Part shown: positions 1 through 12,486 of the stretch, piece by piece
How the letters are laid out: every line of letters starts with the position of its first letter
How positions within the stretch are numbered: position 1 is the stretch's first letter
NCBI GenBank assembly: GCA_046563655.1
Contig: CM102283.1
Coordinates: forward strand, 8,246,001 to 8,310,000
Source of the DNA: Yuukianura sp. NJ FZ-2021
Taxonomy: Eukaryota
Direction of reading: 5' to 3'
DNA: 64,000 nt
Notes under the pieces: generated by a model
Seen by the model: the letters and a program-made list of their open reading frames with translations, nothing else
Database searches by the model: none
What the model was told of the DNA's origin: nothing
Made by a program: the position numbers and the translations under genes

Positions 1-1793
1 AGGAGTCAATTGAATTAGACAAAACCAAAATTTTGATTTCTGAGTTTTCCTAACCATAACGTTATGAAACCTTAAAATTGTGAAACTGAAAAACTTAGAA
101 ATGAAAATGGAAAGTTCTTATTTTATAAAACGATTATGATTTAATTAAGCATGAACAGAGAGTGTCAAGTGATATCAAAATTATGGGTTATTGATCTCCC
201 TTTATAACTTTCTATTCATGCCAAACCTATTGTTCTATCTGCCAACAATCATGGTATACATTTAACCAATCTTCCTGAATTATAATTATAACTTATAATT
301 CCTTAAATTATAATTATAATCCCTCAATTATAATTATAATCCCTGTCAACTTTTGTTTATGAAAATGACGACAGGTGGCATGCAAAGGAAGAAGTAAATT
401 GTAGTTTGTCAATTGAGACGCACGTAAAACGTGTATAAAATTACGTGTTGCCGTCTAAATGTGTAACCCAAGAGGCTACACTAATCAGCAGAATCAGTAA
501 ATACTTGTAACTAGCATGTGGTAATAACCTAAATAACATATTTAGTAAAACATTTTATTAAAATCCTTCGTAGAATGATGCTAAACTGTCACTGATTGGT
601 TGACGACGGTACTGCTGTTGCCACTAAAAATCGTGTGTAGAGTTCAATAAAATGAGCGATTGCGAAATTGCGCTAAACGAAACCGAAACGTTTCCGAGTT
701 GCCACTTTTTATTACTTTTGATTTTTGGTAGGATTGATTGAACTTACATAGTGGAGGTGACAATGCTAATTATGAATTTAGTTATGATTAATCAGGTGAC
801 TAATCAAGTTGATTGTGCTAAATGCTGCTAATAATGCTATTAGAAGTGTCTATAAATTAAGAAAAGTGGACGTACGACTAGATTTTCTAAGGTCAAAACA
901 GCGTCACTACGATGCTAAATTTCGTGAATCACAAGGAATTAATAGTTGATTGAAAAATTTGGAATTCTGATTGAACATGAATGTGTTTAGTACAGGAATA
1001 GCTTAAGTCCATTTCCCACCGTCAATTTCTTGTTGTTGACCTCTTGACCTTTGTCAGTTAGAGGTCAAAAGTGAGTTAACTCGATTTCTCAAGTTAGATT
1101 GCTAAAGAATCTTCCCTTGCATAAGGGATCCTAAGCTAAATAAGTTAAATTACCCACTAAAATCTAAAAGCTAACATTTTTCTAATTATTTTCTGGAGGA
1201 ATAATTGTTAAGGCTATGATGTTTCTTCGTCATCCAGCAAACACGAACATCTAAACACAAACTAAACTAAACAACGACAATTTCACTTTAACATTTAAAC
1301 ATCATAAACTCCCTGCATTGCACTTTTTAAACAAAAAGAAAACAGAAATTCAAAATTTCAAAAAGTCTAGGCTATTCTAACAAAGCACCTTCTATACTTT
1401 AACATTTATAGTCTATAACTTAATCTCGAGAGTTAATTATTGCAAAATTAGTTTGGTGGGATTTGGAGTGACTATTTTCTTAGTAATGGAGATCAACTTA
1501 CAAGGTGGATTTGGAATTAAGGAAATGCATTTGAATTGATTGGAATTACTCAATTACTTGGACTAGAGAAAAGAGAGTGACTTGGAATGAAAAGGTAAAT
1601 CAAATACCAAAACAAGTTGCTTAAGTTGCCTAAAAGTGTTGATTAAGCAGGGTAATTTAGCAGGAATGGTTCGTGCAAGACTCCAACTTTGTCCAGGGCT
1701 GCATAATGCTTCCACTATTTCTTCATCTTCATCTTTTTTTCACGTTTTGTGAAAAACGTTTTTCACAAGCTTGAATTTGGAATTTGAACAAAT

Positions 1794-4196
1794 TTAAGTG
1801 TTGCTCAGTTCCTTCAAATCGCACAAAAATCCATCCGGTACCAAGATGTGAGTCGATCCTTAAAACAGAAAAAAATAGTTACAAAACTTATAAAATTTTT
1901 CAAAATTTTTTCAAAAATGTTAGAGTTGCATTGAAATCTGAAAAGCTGCTTACCAATAATAACTTCCCAATTCTTTGAAGCGTTGGTAACTTCATAGGCT
2001 GATCGCATCTCTGAGAATGTGACGCCACCGACAATGAAAACGATGAGACGCGGAAGGTTCTTGATGTTCTGTTGACCTTTCTCACGGTGCCACTGTCCAT
2101 ATCGTGCACTGAACAAGTCATTTTGTCAATTAATCAATCAATTACTTTCAATTTGTTTAATTATTCATTAGCTATTATAATGTTAAACTTACCTTGTAGC
2201 CGGACCACGATAGCCAGAAGTAGCAGCTCGTCCAGCCCAAAACGGAAAATGCTTCTGATCCAGCTTATCCTCGACAGCATCTTCCATAATATCCTTGACA
2301 ACGGGAGTCCAGCGAGACATTTGGTAAGTCTGCTCAGTAATTCGTTCTTTGCGATTCACTTGGTACACTTTCTTCTTATTCTAAACAGAAAAAAATTAAT
2401 CATGAGCAAAAATGAAGTAATTGAGCGCATGATATGTGATTAAATACTATTAATCAATGTAACTAATTACTTACCCCGTCAAGCAAGATGTTGCAACCAA
2501 GATTCGCCATGTTGGTGATGATGCATCTCAGATCCGGTTCAATATTTGCATGCTGGATCAATTTGTTCAAATTTTCTTCCGTGATGCCATTTTTGGAAAG
2601 AACGTAGAGTAGAATAATCCGGAGTTTCTCGAAGCTCGAAATTCCAGCCGAGTTGTTGTCCAGTAAAATGGGAACGATGTTTCTCATCTGATCTTTGATT
2701 TTCTCTCCCTCTGCGTTCGTTCCCATTGCCAAATCCTACAATTTCAGAAAACACTGGTCAATACTTGATTGAAACGATAATGATAAGATGTTGGATTAAT
2801 TGAAGTAGTTAATTACTTGCTCAACGCGACACAGCATGTCAACGCGATTCTGGTAGGCCTTCATGCAGTCCTCTGCCAAGTGTAAGTGCGTAGCATATTT
2901 GCTCAACTCTTTCTGGTACTGCGGCATCTTCTTGATCATCTGACCCAAATCCTTCATCGACGTCTTGTCACTTGGCATCCGCTTAGAGTCAATGAACTTC
3001 TTCAAATTTTTTGTCACATTTCTAGAAAACGAGATAAAAACTTCTAGCTACGATCTCCTATTATTGGAAGTATTGACCAATGTTGGACAAGTACTTACTG
3101 GGACACAACGGCGATGTGCTGATGTCGAAGTTCCACCCAGAGATCGTCGTTGTCGTCCAGAAGAACTTCTTTCTCGGGTCCACCGGGGCCACCTTGACCC
3201 TCGTACTTGTACACGTCGTTCTCGATGTTTAACAAATCGTAAGCCATTGCTTGAAAAGTTAATTCGTGAAGCAAAGGCGACACACAGTCAAATCCACGGT
3301 CCAGAATCAGAAGCTGCGATCTAGCTTTCTCCGGTCCTTCTCCCATAGTAGGCTCGTCGGCCTTGTAGGCATCCAGTTTCTGCTGAACCATTTGTGCCAA
3401 TTCAACATTCCGTTCGAAATCCCCTCTGAAAAACAAATTATCAATTAGTAATTAACTTAAGATGAAAATATCATTAATTCATAGAGCCATGACTTTGATT
3501 TACCTGTATCGAACTGATGGATACTCCCCAAGAGTAGCACACAACGTAGCAATTTGTTCTGCCATTCGTTCCATACACGAAGAACGTCCAGAAGACAAAT
3601 GTGGATTGTAGTACAGTTGGAAAGACTCTGGACAATCAAGTGAGAAAACTTGATGTTCGTAGGGTAGAAACGCAATGTTAATTTCCTTAATCGTTTTGAT
3701 TCGTTTTCCACACGGTGACTTGCAGAGTTCATTGAACAGTTCTTCTGGACAAACTTCTGTGAAGAAAACGTGTACTCCACGGTACATTGTACGATTCAAG
3801 TTGTCAAAGTCTGCCATGAGGGCGTTGACGGACTTGCTAGAAGGAGTAATAAGGTAAATGGCATCCATCGATGACAATGGTTCTCTCTTCTTGTGGATAT
3901 CTTCGACTAGTGTGATTCCTTCGGCAGCGATGTCATGCATTTTGCAACAAGCGGAAACCATTCGCATTGCCAGCTGATCGACGACCAGAACTCGCCATTC
4001 CACGGCTCCAGCCTTCTTGTTCTTACTTCCCGTACCGGCTGCTGTTCCGCGTATGACATCGTTCATGATTTCTGGAAGTTAACAATCCATGTACACATCA
4101 ACGTTTAAGAACCGTAAACATAAACATAGACAATGAACGGATAAATCGTTATAGATGGATTGACTTACTCAGCCCAACAAGCGTTTTGAGTGCCAT
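1794..4196 (-). CDS. Rop: Sec1/Munc18 family syntaxin-binding protein (Rop/UNC-18/STXBP1), about 8 coding exons
   Basis: Spliced translation [16 protein letters not shown]...[41 protein letters not shown]...[30 protein letters not shown]...[23 protein letters not shown]...[25 protein letters not shown] introns; ATG at 4196, stop at 1796-1794. Confidence 0.96.
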
Positions 4197-5243
4197 CGTG
4201 AATTGTCAGCTTTTGTTGTTGTCAGTGTCTCCGTCCAAGTCCAACGATCTGTGGTGACCTAATTAACAATTTGATGGAGTGTGACTTGTTTTTATGACAC
4301 TCCAATGACTAATGAACGAGAAAGATGAAATGACTAAAGTAACTTATCAAATCTACCGTACAGTAGCTCTGCTGTGTTCCAGTTATCCGTTATTTCTGGA
4401 ATCTGGACAAAAAAGTATACAGTTAAGTTAACACTATGTTATGCGTGTTTGGGATGTAAGGAGTTTCTTCCTGGAGACATGGGACTGGGACATGGACATA
4501 AACTTAAAAACTGTTGCCATGCGCCAATCAAGTACGTAAACCCACCCGATCCGAATTACCCGAATTCCGGGACGAAAATAGTTTTCTGCTGGAGGACGGA
4601 GAAAGTTGGCTCCCCGTTTTCGTCATCATCTCATTTAAGCCCACTCACACTCGTCGTTTCGTTGTCGTCACTCGTGTCACTTTAGATTGACAATTGATGT
4701 CAACAACATGTTCACATTCACAAATAACGCCCACGACCAAAATCAACCAAAAGATGTTCTATTTATAGCCTGTTACTATTCTGTCTTTTCATCTCTTTTG
4801 GACTAATCTGGGCTAATTTTAGAACAACTAAACTAATTAACGCCAAATTTATCGAAAAGTTTATCAAAAAGGCACGAATTCTGGAAAAAACAATTACTTT
4901 ATTACTTTTATTTGTAAAGTTATACTGCACGATTTGTATCACATTTAGTATAAGATTGCATTTCGAAATTCAAGTGTCAATGACCTTTTGAATAGATCAA
5001 CATACAAATTTTAATATGGAGTGACAATGTCAGGGTCAAGGTCAAAGGTCACCTGAATTCTGCCAATAACTTATTTTCAGCTCGGATGTGCCCCCAATTC
5101 AGCAAGGCTTAGTGGACTAACCATCGCTTGGCAAGTGGTGAGATTCCAGCCACCTTTGAAAATTAACACCCTTAAAATAATTAATTAATAATAAACTTAA
5201 TTAATTAAAGCTAAAAGCTAACAAATGATCCCTCCACCATAGG

Positions 5244-5441
5244 CTAAACTACTGAACACCCAAAAAAGATTGTGTCTTTGCCTGTCATTCTGATTTTGTA
5301 TAACAAGTCCTCGATATAAGTACAGGGACAAAGTTGTCGTGGACAATGCAGCGACACTTTTTGTCCAGACAGGGCCAGTCCGCGCACAAAGTCTTTGGCC
5401 CACCGCTGCCCAAAAAATAGCAAAAGACGAAGGCCCAAGCT
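5244..5441 (-). CDS. TMEM268: Alternative (duplicated) terminal coding exon of TMEM268
   Basis: Poly-T acceptor TTTTTTAG, phase 0 like the 6053 exon. Translation SLGLRLLLFFGQRWAKDFVRG...HCPRQLCPCTYIEDLL is paralogous to the 6053-5781 exon. The 3' end is uncertain. Confidence 0.7.
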   Translation of the reverse strand, partial: SLGLRLLLFFGQRWAKDFVRGLALSGQKVSLHCPRQLCPCTYIEDLLYKIRMTGKDTIFFGCSVV

Positions 5442-5723
5442 CTAAAAAAATTAAAACAAAATTCAAAAACACTAACAAAAATACTAATTTTCAAAAAAAA
5501 AACTTCTTAGCAAACAACCACTGAAAATTTTTGTTGACCTTTGACCTAAGTATACTTTAATTAAAATATACTTAATTATTGAACAGTACAAAACTAATTT
5601 GAAGGAACGCCGGGACGGAATTTGTAACTTTTTTGGACTTTGGGTTTCATATGGCTAATTGATCCACGCAGCACAGAGCATGCGTAATGATTGTCACTAA
5701 TTCACAACTTCAGAGCTCATTCC

Positions 5724-5767
5724 AGGTCATTGACCTCGTGACCTTATCTTCGCGAGGTCATTGACCT
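5724..5767. promoter_or_regulatory. Two perfect IR1 palindromes AGGTCAtTGACCT (ecdysone-response-element consensus)
   Basis: Exact motifs at 5724-5736 and 5755-5767; function is not shown by the sequence. Confidence 0.4.
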
Positions 5768-5780
5768 CGTAACCTCGTAG

Positions 5781-7720
5781 TTATGGAACTTGTATTGCTG
5801 AAATGTTGCTCGACCCTGCTGCGGCAGTACTTTTGATCCTGACAGGCAAGCATGGACAAAATTCGTGGCAGTCGTTCTGCGCCTGCGTCGGTTTTATACG
5901 CAAGTACTCTTCAATGTACTGGCAAGGGCAGAGGGCAGAGGTCAAGTGACGGGGACTCGACGGATTCTCTTCACCGACCGTCCAGTCCAGGCGTCTGCGC
6001 AAGTAGTCCTTGGCGTACCTTTGACTATATCTGGCCAGGAGGCTTTCACCTCTCTGTTTTTAGTTTAATATAAATCAAAAACTTGACAAAACTAATTAAA
6101 ATATATTATGTAATAATACATAATTTATATTATATTTTATTTAAAAAAGCTAACCTCTTTGACTGGAATGCGTCTGGAATTTTGTGTTCCCGTTATGACA
6201 ATTTCAACGTCACGTGAATCCAGTTGCCTCTCGATTTGAGCTCGGTCGTCTGCCGTCGCCAGTACTTCTTCCAAACGTTTCTAAAATTTCAAAATTTCGA
6301 AAACTTTAAAAATTTCAAAATTTTATGACTTTATCCTTGCTACATGCTGGAATTTGCTTACAACACACTCGGTAACATCAAAGTAGATGAAGCAAAGATG
6401 GACTTTGTGACAAGACAGACGACCTCGATCATCCAAGCCCAGAATCAATTTGTGCTTGATCAGGATTCGATTGACTCGGGCTAAGCATCTCTCCAGTCCT
6501 TGATTAATCTTGATTTTGATAAACATGCAGAGAAATACTGCTCCAGCATTTATGATTAACCAACTGATGCCAAGAGCGAAGAGTCCAATGCCCATGACTC
6601 CACTGAACAGAATCACTAGGAGGATGATGAAGGCAGCAGTGAGCCAAGAGGCTAAGATTCGTTTGTAGCAAATGGTGTAAGCATTGAACCGGAAGTCAGA
6701 CGTCAATTGATCCATGGCTGTCACGTAGTCTTCCACGGTCAGTGTTAATCCAGCACACATTAGCTCTTCTGGAACCAGTTCTGGACGGAAGGAGGCTGGA
6801 GTTATCCAAGGAAACTTCGAGTTCACCGGTAGGACAGAAACTATCACGTCACCATTTGCTGCAATTAAAAAAAAAGTTCACATTTTGGTTTAGTTAGGTT
6901 TAAGTTGGAGAATTTCTGAGGAATTTTGAAAATTTTGGTGAGTTTAGCAGTGCGTCAAACATATTTAGTCTCTAGGACGTAATATTAATTAAAAAAATAT
7001 TTGCGGGGTTTTCGTTGCTAAATATTTAACTTATTTGATCATACCCTTAATATTAAATCCGTAAATATTTCAGCTATTTAAAAACAAATTGCTAATATCT
7101 CGGCGATTTAAAAAAAAATATTTTTTTCAACATTTCGGCAATTTCAAAAAAAAAAAATTTTGCCAGTAATTCCACGATTTAAAAAAAAAATATATTTTTG
7201 GCAATATTTCGGGGGATTTTAGCACATGTTTTTGACATCCCTGGTTATTATGGCCTAAAGTTGGAAATTTTGTAAAATTCTTTTAATTTTTTCAAAATTT
7301 TGATTGAAACTTACTGAATCCGTGGGTGGTTCTACGTGTACTTCCGCTGCCATTTTGAGAAACTTGACTGCCCAGAGTGACTGCTGGACTAGGTCTGGGC
7401 GAATACCGGAGTTCGACGTTCTGGAGGTTATCCGGTGGACCAATCGCATTGCCCGGAGCACTGCCACGACGTTTTCCTGACGTCGATAATCCAATTCCAG
7501 CCGATTGGACAATCTCCACCGACGTTTCTAGGACCGCCGCGGCTTGACTTGCTGCCGAGTCCCCCTCGTCCCCAAACTTAACCCATTTACTCGGACTTGA
7601 CCCCGTGCCGCCTCCAGGATTCGAACCCCCGCCACCTCCATTTGGGCTGGTTCCAGCTCCACTTGGCTGATTTCCGCTTCCTGGTCCAGTGTTATTTTTG
7701 TTATCAGGCTCTTCAGCCAT
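5781..7720 (-). CDS. TMEM268: Transmembrane protein 268-like; exons 7720-7315, 6858-6362, 6280-6155, 6053-5781
   Basis: NGDVIVSVLPVNSKFPWITPASFRPELVPEELMCAGLTLTVEDYV, two hydrophobic helices, LGLDDRGRLSCHKVHLCFIYFD, and C-terminal YSQRYAKDYLRRRLDW...LCPCQYIEEYL. All junctions are in-phase GT-AG. Confidence 0.85.
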
Positions 7721-8532
7721 TATCTTCTGGAGGATTTGACTTGTGTTGGGGGTAGCAAGTGAAGTGGAATCTCGTCACCACACCTCAAGTGACTAAATCA
7801 GACATCTCCTGTGAAGTGGTTAAGTGGTTGCAGAAGAACAACAGAGGGTGGAAGGAGAGACAGGTGCTGGTGGTTAGGCTAGTTTTTAAGTTAGGTTTAG
7901 CCTATGTATTTTCAGGTTAGGTTTAGCTATGTTCTTGGGACGCCGCATACCTGTGCCTATGCATCATCATCATCCCTGAAATGTTTTCATTGCGTGTTTT
8001 TCATTCCAGGGCAGGTCTTTGGAAGATGAGGGGAGCAACTAAAACACAATAGAAACAAAAACGTAACCTGAATTATTGATGAGGGTTTTGGCCTAACGTA
8101 GTTCTTATTTCCAAACGCTGTGCAACTCTACTCTAACATAACATTCCCATAGTAAGACAATAACAACGTAGGTAATTATAATTAAATTTTAGCAGTATAG
8201 GAACAATGCGTAAGCTCCGCCCCTTTTGTCAAGAAAAGTAGTCTACCAACTAAAAGCAGTAGTAGTTAGTAGTCTACAATATACATTCCTCCTGTTAGTT
8301 GACCTAGATTTACTGTCATTTATTTTTGATATGAAAAATCGATATGTGGATATCCAGTGAAAGGATAAACAAAAACCACCGAATTTTAAAAAGCAGGCAA
8401 TGAAACCTCGTAATTTCTGGAAAAACTTTATGGAATTGTTTTCGGTCTGTCTGGCTGAAATGTAAAATTAGGCTGTCACCCACTTTCTAATTATAATTAT
8501 AATCATTATAATATTTTAAAATGTAATTTTCT

Positions 8533-9006
8533 CCGATGCTTAGACTCATGTTCATAAGAAACCAAACTTTAGCGCCCTCTATCTATGCATTTCTGCTCAG
8601 ACTGTGAAAGCGGGAAAGTGAATTTAAATTTTTTTTTTCCGCCGATTCGTTTAGGATTTGTTTTTTTTTTGCTTTTTGTAAAAAAAGATAAACAAAAAGT
8701 GACGTAAAATCAAAATCCCACGCAAAACTTGCCTAAACGAGGACGAGAGGGACTGTTTTGCTCAGCTTAATTAATATTTAGTTAAATTAAAACTAATTTG
8801 CATTTAGTGAACGGGAGAGGGTTGGGAATTCGGTTCCGAAGAGGCCCTGAACTGGTAAGTGTTGTTTGTTGTACTAACGTAAACCGAACTAAACTTTTTC
8901 AATTTGGTTATGTATGCAAAATGCAAGGGATTTTACATTTGTTTTGGAGTAAATGACATTGGGACATTGTTTCTTTTTTGGTTTAGGTTACCACTGGGAG
9001 ATCATT
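8533..9006 (+). repeat. Diverged duplicate of the GCLM promoter/5'UTR (copy upstream of the F-box gene)
   Basis: Collinear matches to 12487-13010, including CTCATGTTCRTAAGAAACCAA, GTGAAAGCGGGAAA, AAAAAGTGACGTAAAA, GTTGGGAATYCGG, and the acceptor TAG|GTTACCACTGGG. Confidence 0.85.
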
Positions 9007-9264
9007 TCTCATCTGCTACCGTCACCGCGTCACCGCTTCAACTTACTGTCTAAAATCACAAATATTTCAAAGAAGTTTTTCCAGCACATGCACAACTTAA
9101 GAAGTACAGTTTATTTTTCCACCTAACCAACGTGTCTAGTTAGCGGGCGAGGCGAGACGTAATCATTCTAATCTTCACAAAACGTACGAGCTACACATCA
9201 GCTAATTCGTTGAATTACGAACTTCGTCCTGTGGCAAAGGCAATTTGTTTTGCATAGCCAAGAC

Positions 9265-11298
9265 ATGGATTACATTCCTAATGAGGTAAAGTTCATTCTA
9301 ATTATTAATTTGTTAATTTAATAACTATTCAACTTTATGCTTAACAAGCTTACGTATTTTTCAGATACTACTTAAAATCATTGGCTATTTGAAGAATGAA
9401 GATGTTCCAAAACTGCGTCTTGTGAATACCCGCTTCAATCTCCTAGCTACGCCATTTGTACAAAAATTGTTTCAAGTGGACTTCAAAAAGGACTCGGACA
9501 TTATGATGTTTGTGGACATGTTTGAAAATAATTCTATTGTGCCCTTTGAGAAGTTTGGATTTGGCAAATTACTGACCTGTGAGCCGTTGAAGCAGTTTTG
9601 TGTCCAGTTTGGGAAAAATGTGAAATTCTGGCAAAATTTTGTGGGCGATCCTTCGATGTTGGAATTGACAGCCCGTCAAGAGAATTCGATTTCAAAAAAC
9701 ACTCCAATCCTCTTGGAATACTGCGACAACGTAGAAGAAATCAACTACTTAGTCGTTGCGGAGAAAAAAATTACCAAAGTCATTGAGGTTCCTACACTCC
9801 GAAATTTGAGAACCATCACCATCACGTACCTCTGTATTGAAAACAACAAAGACGTTTTTCCGTTTCTGGATCATATTTTTCAAAACGCTCCAAACCTCCG
9901 AAACGTTTCAATCGAAAATGGTGGAACTGAAATCTTTGTCACAAACATTTTACATCAACTGCAAAAAATCAATGCAACTGTTCACATACCAAAGTTGGAC
10001 ATTGCACTTGGACTTCCAGTGCAGAAAATGGATGACATCAAAAATTTGGTTGCAATTTCAACCCAATTCACAATTCTTGATTTGAAATTGTTCATGCCTA
10101 TAAGGTCAAATTCAGACGAATTGCCTCAAACTGGCGAAATTTTGTCAAAATGGATTGAAAAGCTAGCGCCATTGCGCAACCTTTCTCTGAAACATCACGA
10201 CTGGCGTGGCTTTGATCGGTTCGAGCCTTATACTCCAATGTCAACACCGCTCCATTCCCTCGCAAATCTTCAATGTTTGACGGTTGACAATCTATACACT
10301 CCTGTACTTCCACACATGAAGTTTCCAGTTCTCACAACGCTCGACTACATGAATGGCGGCGATAAGTTTAGTTTTCCTGGCTGTGTTTTTCCAAACGTGA
10401 AATTTGCAAAGATCGATTTACGACGTGAAGAAGACTGTGAACATTGGCCATTGGTATTACCAAACGTTGAAGAGTTGTATGTCTGGTCCAAAACTTTAAA
10501 GGGAATTTTCAAATTTCCGAAGGTCAAGAAACTCCACATCCATGTTTACATGGAACCTTATCTCAATAAGGATGATTGTAAACTTCATCCTTATGTCATT
10601 AAGGATTATTGTAAACGTCATAGGCAACACTGTTGGAACAACCTTACTGGAGATGCTCAACACATCTCGAAGAAACAAATTTGCAGGTTCGAGCCAGAAA
10701 CAGCCAAGACGTCGGATTCGATTGATTCCTTTCGGAATTTGTCGCGTATGTGCCATATCTTACTATCATAAAACAGTTTGATAATTTTTGAAACTTTTCG
10801 ATTTTTGAAAAATAAGGAATAAGTTATTAAATTCAATTTAAAACAAAGTTTTACGTTCAAATTGGTTTGTCTTTAATTGACAAAATTTGGCTTTGTCTTT
10901 TTTTCAGAGTTGACACATTTGAAGTTTTTTGAGGAAAACATTGAGTGCTGGAAGGCAGTTATTTACGCAAGTCGAACTGGGCAACTACGACGCCTTGAAA
11001 AGCTCGTCTTCAGTGATGAGTATTTCAAGCAAGTGAGTGTTGAATTACTTGTTAAATCAAAGCTCTATTCCAACACTTCCAAATTTCGAAATATTACAAA
11101 AATTATGATGAAATATTCGAGCGTGTAAATATGGAAGTTTTGCTATTTCAGGCAGAGGAGTACCGCTTGGAATTGACAAAGTATCACAACTCTACGATTA
11201 TTGCCGACAAGTATAAACTGTCACCGTTTCTCTGGACTGAAGCAAAAGCAAACGATATTTATTCAAATGAAGATGATGATTTTTACTATGAAATATAA
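9265..11298 (+). CDS. F-box domain plus degenerate LRR protein; exons 9265-9285, 9365-10745, 10908-~11032, ~11152-11298
   Basis: Spliced N-terminus MDYIPNE|ILLKIIGYLKNEDVPKLRLVNTRFNLLA fits the F-box pattern. Repeated LxNLxxLxL/FPNVxxLxI units; 460-codon main ORF. Confidence 0.8.
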
Positions 11299-11783
11299 TT
11301 TCATATTCATATTTCATACGCGTTTGTTTATTATTTTCATAATAAACAAACGCGTCCAAACTTTTCTTTTCTTTTCATTAAATTTTCCTTACATAAATTA
11401 TCCAATTTACAATAATTAATTAAAAATACTTTCCTTTCGCATTGACTATACTTTTCATGTTGCAATGCAACACGTTTATTCTTTTTTATCGAAAAAAATC
11501 GATATGCGGATATCGACTATCATGACATGATACCAACGTAAGTCAATGGCCCAGGCCCAATTTCAAAAGCACAAACGCGTACCATGTAATTATTGTCATG
11601 GAAACCATGGTTCTTACAAAACAATTTTGAGCACAAAGCCTTTACAACTTGTGAAAAATAATTCAAGAAAAACATGCGCTTTTGCTTCGTATAAAAAGAT
11701 AGCGTCGATATTTTCCGTTTTTCGACTTTTGAGTGTCAATTTTTACTTGTTTCTCCAGGAGAATCCAGGCAGTAATTCTTGAA

Positions 11784-12388
11784 ATGGTAAAATTCATTTT
11801 GAAAAAACTTATACATAAGCACAAAAGTTTGATGAATGATGAAGGTTTTATGAATGATTTGATTTTTGAATGGTAGGCAACGTCTTCGGTGGATGCAAAA
11901 GACAGTTACCAGAAGCTACTTGGTCTTCCGGGTGTTTTCGGAGTCATGGTGATCAATGCTGATGGGTTGGCCATTCGGTCCAACTTGAGTCCAGAAGAAA
12001 CGCTGCGATACACGAGTCAGATTGCCCCGATGGTTGACAGGGCCAGGAAGTTCATGCAGGAGTTGGCAGCGACAGATGAGGATCACTATGAGGTGGAGAC
12101 TGCGGTGGGGCAGGCGGGGCATGGGCATGGTGGGGCTGGGAGACAGCAAAAACTGGAGGAAGATCTGTCTGTCATTCGAATCCGGACGTTCAATTACGAA
12201 ATTCTGATTTGCCCTTGCCGTAATGACACTTGATTTGCTAAGAACTTTTTTTCGAAAGTTTTTTGTTAAACATGAAATTCACATTTCAAAATGGTTTTTC
12301 AGCGGAGGGCAGCGAGTACATCATGGTGGCTCTCCAGAAGTCGTTTGTCGATGAATCTCAGGTAGAAGATGCTCCACTTAACTCATGA
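11784..12388 (+). CDS. Roadblock/LC7 family (dynein light chain roadblock-like) protein; exons 11784-11786, 11877-12219, 12303-12388
   Basis: PGVFGVMVINADGLAIRSNL...DLSVIRIRTFNYEILICP...EYIMVALQ matches Roadblock hallmarks. The ATG-only first coding exon is plausible for this family. Confidence 0.8.
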
Positions 12389-12486
12389 CTGACAATAGCA
12401 ATCAGATTATTGCCGCCTTCTAAATTATTATAATCATGAAATGTACTTTATTAAAACTAATTCAAACGAATAAAATGTATTTAAAT

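Noticed and set aside
4374-4685. 103-aa Cys-containing + strand ORF
   Set aside because: Non-ATG start, lies in the Rop 5'/promoter region, no recognisable domain or splice support.
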